Made by a program: the position numbers and the translations under genes | The notes under the pieces: generated by a model | What the model was told of the DNA's origin: nothing | The model's input: the letters and a program-made list of their open reading frames with translations, nothing else | Databases searched by the model: none | Part shown: one piece after another, positions 59,407-64,000 of the stretch | Numbering within the stretch: position 1 is the first letter of the stretch | How the letters are laid out: the number at the start of each line of letters is the position of its first letter | Assembly: GCA_003152105.1 (NCBI GenBank) | Contig: PLZJ01000002.1 | Location: 172,257 to 236,256, forward strand | DNA: 64,000 nucleotides | From: Candidatus Levyibacteriota bacterium | Lineage (GTDB): Bacteria; Patescibacteriota; Microgenomatia; Levybacterales; UBA12049 | Direction: 5' to 3'

Positions 59407-61188
59407 TTGGTACTATTGATCCATAAGTTTCAAACAATACTTCAAAGTATGATTCCATATATATTAATCGTTTTCGCTTTTTTAGCAGGATTAGTAACTA
59501 TATTAGCTCCATGTATTTGGCCAGTTTTACCAATTGTACTTTCTTCATCAATTGCAGGAGGAAAAGGTCATAAACGTCCCTTAGCGATTACTTTAGGAGT
59601 AATGTTGAGTTTTACTATATTTACATTGTCAATTTCTTATCTAGTTCGAATATTTCATTTTGATCCCAATATATTACGTTTTATTGCAGTTGTGGTGATA
59701 GCCTTTTTAGGATTAACTATGATTATTCCAGTCCTAGCAGTAAAATTTGAGATTTTGGTTTCTAAGCTCTCAAATATTTTTGGACAAAATACAAGCAAAA
59801 AAGGTTCAGGATTCTTGCCAGGTTTTATAACTGGACTTTCGCTTGGTATAGTATGGTCTCCTTGTGCGGGTCCTATCTTAGCAACTATAGCTACGCTTGC
59901 CGCAACAGGGCAAGTTACGTTTTCCGTAATTCTTATTACGCTTGCTTATGTAATAGGAGCAGGTATTCCTTTGTTTGCTTTTGCATATGGTGGTCAACAT
60001 TTTATCAAACGAGCAAGAGGTGTAAATAAGTATACTGGGATTATCCAGAAAATATTTGGGGTAGTAATGATTCTTGCTGCAATAGCGATATATACAAATT
60101 ATGATCAGATACTCCAATTAGAATTAATAAATGAATTTCCTATATTAGGTAGCGTAGTTAATGGGTTTGAAAGTAGCCAAGTAGTTACAGACCAATTAAA
60201 TAAGCTAAAGGGTATACAGACAACCTCTTCTAATACTACTGGATTATTTAATGCTAATACTCCAGCACCAGAATTTATAGGTATTGATAAATGGCTTAAT
60301 ACTAATAAGCCTATTACTACGGCAAGATTAAGAGGCAAAGTAGTACTTGTAGATTTTTGGACATATACTTGTATAAATTGCATTAGAACATTACCTCACG
60401 TGACTTCTTGGTATGACAAATATAAAAATCAGGGATTTGAGGTAATAGGAATTCATACACCAGAATTTCAATTTGAACATAATACGCAAAACGTACAGCA
60501 AGCAATTAAAATGTATAATATTCATTATCCGGTAGGTCAAGATAATGAATACGCAACTTGGAATAATTTTAGTAATGAATATTGGCCTGCAGAGTATCTT
60601 ATTGACGCAAAAGGTATTATTAGAAGAACCGAGTTTGGCGAGGGCGAATATGATCAAACAGAACTTGCAATACAAGCACTTTTAAAAGAGAATGGAGAGA
60701 AAATTACTTCAAAACTATCAAAAATGCCAGATGAAACTCCTTCTAATTCAATCTCACCTGAAACTTATCTTGGTTCTTCTCGCATGCAATATTATTATCC
60801 GGCCGGCAATTTAGGAAATGGGAGTAATAACTTCACTTTATCTAATAATTTGTCGCAAAATAGTTTTAGCATCGGAGGTTTATGGACTATAGAAAATGAG
60901 TTTGCTGTAGCAAATAATCATGCTTCCTTAAATTACAATTTTACGGCTGATAAGGTATACATTATTTTAAATCCAGGAGCAATTAAGCCTGGAATTGTAA
61001 GAATATTGTTTGATGGAAAACCAATCTCATCCAATGAGGCCGGGGCAGATGTTAATAATAGTCAGGTTAAAGTTGATTCTGATAGGCTATATTCAATCGT
61101 TGATTTACACGGCAAGTATGAGAACCATATTGTTACCTTAGAATTTCTTTCACAGGGTATTCAAGTTTTTACATTCACTTTCGGATAA
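59407..61188 (+). CDS. dipZ: DipZ-like protein (DsbD/CcdA + thioredoxin + C-terminal domain)
   Basis: APCIWPVLP, WSPCAGPIL, DFWTYTCINC and SPETYLG motifs. Confidence 0.88.
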   Translation: MVLLIHKFQTILQSMIPYILIVFAFLAGLVTILAPCIWPVLPIVLSSSIAGGKGHKRPLAITLGVMLSFTIFTLSISYLVRIFHFDPNILRFIAVVVIAFLGLTMIIPVLAVKFEILVSKLSNIFGQNTSKKGSGFLPGFITGLSLGIVWSPCAGPILATIATLAATGQVTFSVILITLAYVIGAGIPLFAFAYGGQHFIKRARGVNKYTGIIQKIFGVVMILAAIAIYTNYDQILQLELINEFPILGSVVNGFESSQVVTDQLNKLKGIQTTSSNTTGLFNANTPAPEFIGIDKWLNTNKPITTARLRGKVVLVDFWTYTCINCIRTLPHVTSWYDKYKNQGFEVIGIHTPEFQFEHNTQNVQQAIKMYNIHYPVGQDNEYATWNNFSNEYWPAEYLIDAKGIIRRTEFGEGEYDQTELAIQALLKENGEKITSKLSKMPDETPSNSISPETYLGSSRMQYYYPAGNLGNGSNNFTLSNNLSQNSFSIGGLWTIENEFAVANNHASLNYNFTADKVYIILNPGAIKPGIVRILFDGKPISSNEAGADVNNSQVKVDSDRLYSIVDLHGKYENHIVTLEFLSQGIQVFTFTFG

Positions 61189-61194
61189 TTAGAT

Positions 61195-61677
61195 ATGAAT
61201 ATACCTAAATTTATCCTTAAAACCCTGAAGAAGGCAGATGATTCAAAGCGCTTGTCTCAATTGCTAATATTGACTAGTTTTTTAATTACGTTTTCAATAA
61301 TTAGATTAGTAACACATCTGCAAAAAGCACATCTAATTCCTAATCAAAATGGCCCATTTCATATTCATCATATGGTTCCTGGCATTATTTCACTTCTAAT
61401 AAGCGGATATATAGGTTTATCTTTTTGGAAACATAAAAAAGTGCGATTCTATATGCCAATACTTTTTGGTATAGGCGCAGCGTTGACTATAGATGAATTT
61501 GCTCTTTGGTTATTCTTAAAAGATGTATATTGGGAAAAACAAGGCAGAGACAGTGTTGACGCAGTAATAATTGTAACGGTAATCCTTTCGCTAATTTATA
61601 TTGTAAGCGCAGTACATGATCATAATTTATTTAAAAATACGAAAAAAAGAGTAAATAAATCAATATTACACCATTAG
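61195..61677 (+). CDS. Membrane protein
   Basis: HIHHMVPG, GAALTIDEFALW and DVYW motifs. Confidence 0.7.
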   Translation: MNIPKFILKTLKKADDSKRLSQLLILTSFLITFSIIRLVTHLQKAHLIPNQNGPFHIHHMVPGIISLLISGYIGLSFWKHKKVRFYMPILFGIGAALTIDEFALWLFLKDVYWEKQGRDSVDAVIIVTVILSLIYIVSAVHDHNLFKNTKKRVNKSILHH

Positions 61678-61694
61678 TGATGTATAATTAGTGA

Positions 61695-62330
61695 ATGCAA
61701 GATGAGTATATTTTAAAAACAATACGAGCATATAATAATAGCCCTCAAAAATACATACAAGCTACTAAAGATATGCTGCCCATTGTAGATTTAAATAAGT
61801 TTCTTCAATCCTTGGCTCCCAATTCGCTCATTTTAGATGCTGGTTGTGGATATGGAAGAGACACGAATTATATACTTCATCGTGGATTTAATGCAGCTGG
61901 TATAGATTTGTCAGAAAAACTCTTAGAAGAGGCAAATAAATTATATCCTGGAATATTATTTCAAAAAATGGATATTAGACAACTTCATTATCCGGAAAAT
62001 CATTTTGACGGAATTTGGTGTCATGCTGCATTACACCATTTAAACTTACCAGACATTAAAAAATCTTTACTTGAATTTCGCCGAGTGTTAAAAACAGGTG
62101 GCGTACTGTTTGTATCATTTAAAGAAGGAAATAATACTACGCAGGAAGTTGACGATAGCTTAACATGTTCTGATCCTAGATTCTATACGTTTCTCACCAG
62201 CGATATGTTGAGGAATATATTAATAGAAGTGGGTTTTAATGTTAAGGAAGTTGAAAAAGTTAATGAAAGATTGAGGTTTGGAAATGGCAAGCGGAATATA
62301 AATTGGATTCATGTATTAGCTAGTAAATAA
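61695..62330 (+). CDS. Class I SAM-dependent methyltransferase
   Basis: ILDAGCGYGRD, GIDLS and RVLKTGG motifs. Confidence 0.9.
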   Translation: MQDEYILKTIRAYNNSPQKYIQATKDMLPIVDLNKFLQSLAPNSLILDAGCGYGRDTNYILHRGFNAAGIDLSEKLLEEANKLYPGILFQKMDIRQLHYPENHFDGIWCHAALHHLNLPDIKKSLLEFRRVLKTGGVLFVSFKEGNNTTQEVDDSLTCSDPRFYTFLTSDMLRNILIEVGFNVKEVEKVNERLRFGNGKRNINWIHVLASK

Positions 62331-62399
62331 GTTAAAACTCTTACATAATTATAACAATTTTATTGCAGAACTATTAAATGTTGATAGTACAGTGAGGCT

Positions 62400-62738
62400 A
62401 TGTACACAGCAAGAGCTTTGCTTTTCTTAATAGACTTAATTTTTGGAATAATTGAGTTTGTGATAGGACTTCGAATACTATTTGAATTATTTAGCGCAAA
62501 TGCTTCTTCTCCAATAGTATCTTGGCTATATGCGGTCAGTCGGACGCTTCTTTACCCTTTTCAAGGAATCTTTCCTTCACCTGTGTTATCGGGAGGTTTT
62601 ATTCTCGATATGTCTGCAATAGTTGCGCTTTTAGCATATGCGCTACTAGCTTATTTTATAAGTGAATTGGTAAGATTTATAAATTATCATTCAATTCGCT
62701 ATAATAACACCGTGACTACAGTCGAAAAGAATACATAA
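62400..62738 (+). CDS. YggT family membrane protein
   Basis: LRILF.LF.AN and LLYPFQGIFP motifs. Confidence 0.8.
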   Translation: MYTARALLFLIDLIFGIIEFVIGLRILFELFSANASSPIVSWLYAVSRTLLYPFQGIFPSPVLSGGFILDMSAIVALLAYALLAYFISELVRFINYHSIRYNNTVTTVEKNT

Positions 62739-62751
62739 TACAACACCAAAA

Positions 62752-63276
62752 TCATTTTCGTTTTTTGCCCAGCTTTTTATTATTTTGAACCTTTTTACTA
62801 AAATGCTTTAAGCTAACACCGATATCTGTTCCTATATAAACAAAGAGTACTATTACAAGACTCGTGCCTATAAACTGCCCAATTTTTCCAATTAGATTGA
62901 CTTGAGAATGGCAATATACAGCACTCGATATAAATGAAGTGTTAGTAGAAGTAAGAGTAAATAATAGCCCAAGAACAAATGAAATTAAAAGTAAAAGTTG
63001 GTTATATTTTTTTGATCTTTGCCAGAAATATTTTCGTATATGGATTCCATAAAATACAGAGAGCGGCATTGTGAAAACAACCAAAAAGGATATTAGTTGT
63101 AAACAGGGAGAAGTGATTGAATATAAAAAAGAATTTATCGAAATATAGGTTGTGTTTCCTATAAAGTATGTGCCAATGACGCCAAAAAATAAAAGCAAAA
63201 TTCTAATAATACTTAAATATAGTTCTAAGAAAATTGCCATACTTAAAGTATAGATATACTTAGGTATATGTGTCAA
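62752..63276 (-). CDS. Membrane protein
   Basis: Four hydrophobic segments. Confidence 0.5.
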   Translation of the reverse strand: MTHIPKYIYTLSMAIFLELYLSIIRILLLFFGVIGTYFIGNTTYISINSFLYSITSPCLQLISFLVVFTMPLSVFYGIHIRKYFWQRSKKYNQLLLLISFVLGLLFTLTSTNTSFISSAVYCHSQVNLIGKIGQFIGTSLVIVLFVYIGTDIGVSLKHFSKKVQNNKKLGKKRK

Positions 63277-63326
63277 ATAAGGATCTGGTTAGCGTAAAAA
63301 TAAGCTTTAGTATATAATGTTCATGG

Positions 63327-63920
63327 GTGCCATTCATGGAAGAAGAAGTTAGGCAACTTGAATCGAGAAAATTAATTTATAATAAATCGTCAGATGAAAT
63401 AATAGTTTCTCATGTGACAGTAAGGTTGAGCATCTCATTTTTATTATTAAAATTAGTTGTTTTAGATATCTTAACAACAATATGCTTCATTTTATATTAT
63501 TCGATCTTCTTAATTCCTAGTAAAGTAAGTGAAAATTTTGCCTTCGCACAATTGATCCCATTTATTATTCTCCTTATGCTAATTAAGATTAGTTTAACAA
63601 TCTTTGTAATAATGCAGTGGTTATTTGAATATTATGAAATTACCCCCAAAATGGTTATTTATAAAAAAGGAATAATTATCAAGAAAACTGAAAAATACAA
63701 AGTTGAACATCTTGGATTGGTTAAAATTGAGCAAAGTTTTCTTGGAAAACTACTTAACTACGGTACAATTAATCTTCACAATTGGATGCAGGGAAAAGAT
63801 CAAACAATGTTTCTAATTCATAACCCAATGAAATATATGCATATATTAGAAACTTTACTTCCTACTACTGATCAAGAACGAAAAATAATCAGAGAGCATA
63901 TTATCGATTACGAAGAATAG
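63327..63920 (+). CDS. Bacterial PH-domain (bPH_2) membrane protein
   Basis: YYEIT...KKGII and QSFLGKLLNYGTI motifs. Confidence 0.8.
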   Translation: MPFMEEEVRQLESRKLIYNKSSDEIIVSHVTVRLSISFLLLKLVVLDILTTICFILYYSIFLIPSKVSENFAFAQLIPFIILLMLIKISLTIFVIMQWLFEYYEITPKMVIYKKGIIIKKTEKYKVEHLGLVKIEQSFLGKLLNYGTINLHNWMQGKDQTMFLIHNPMKYMHILETLLPTTDQERKIIREHIIDYEE

Positions 63921-64000
63921 ATGAAGCACACAAGCAAGCTTAAACTACAACCTTTTAACGGACCTTCATACAATGAATTTTTACACTATACATTGACTGA

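Noticed and set aside
2080-60675. Short ORFs nested in or antisense to longer genes (e.g. 2080, 6691, 7870, 10007, 12262-13617, 15830, 18307, 19931-22332, 23143, 47532, 52238, 52493, 53450, 54146, 59878-60675)
   Set aside because: Shadow frames of well-supported genes, with no motifs or expression signals.

Overview
AT-rich bacterial DNA whose gene content and compact proteins fit a Patescibacteria/CPR genome, probably Microgenomates (inferred, not searched). Bases 1-22.4 kb are core chromosome around the replication origin: dnaN, oriC, dnaA, rpmH, rnpA, yidD, yidC, jag, surface-polysaccharide genes, RNase HI, valS, rplY, ruvCAB, dnaG and rpoD. A tRNA-Asn(GTT) at 22423-22494 is overlapped by the stop codon of a large serine recombinase belonging to a ~7.9 kb integrated element. 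From 30357 to 52256 lies an array of about 30 co-oriented copies of a 27-bp motif (GTTCTAACATCCTCCACTCCTGCGAGC). The copies separate 1-2 unrelated, mostly self-promoted genes per unit, on either strand. The motif ends in the same GAGC core as the tRNA/recombinase junction. On the minus strand it reads in frame as a continuation of the recombinase C-terminus (LAGVEDVRT), and two rarer arm types encode two other conserved tails. The best reading is an integron-like gene-cassette array built by serine recombinases at a tRNA 3' end, with no IntI, canonical attC or cas genes in view. Nested IS elements cut the array at 52.3-54.2 kb, followed by accessory genes. A -10 box exactly 6 nt before the start codon recurs throughout, suggesting widespread leaderless mRNAs.
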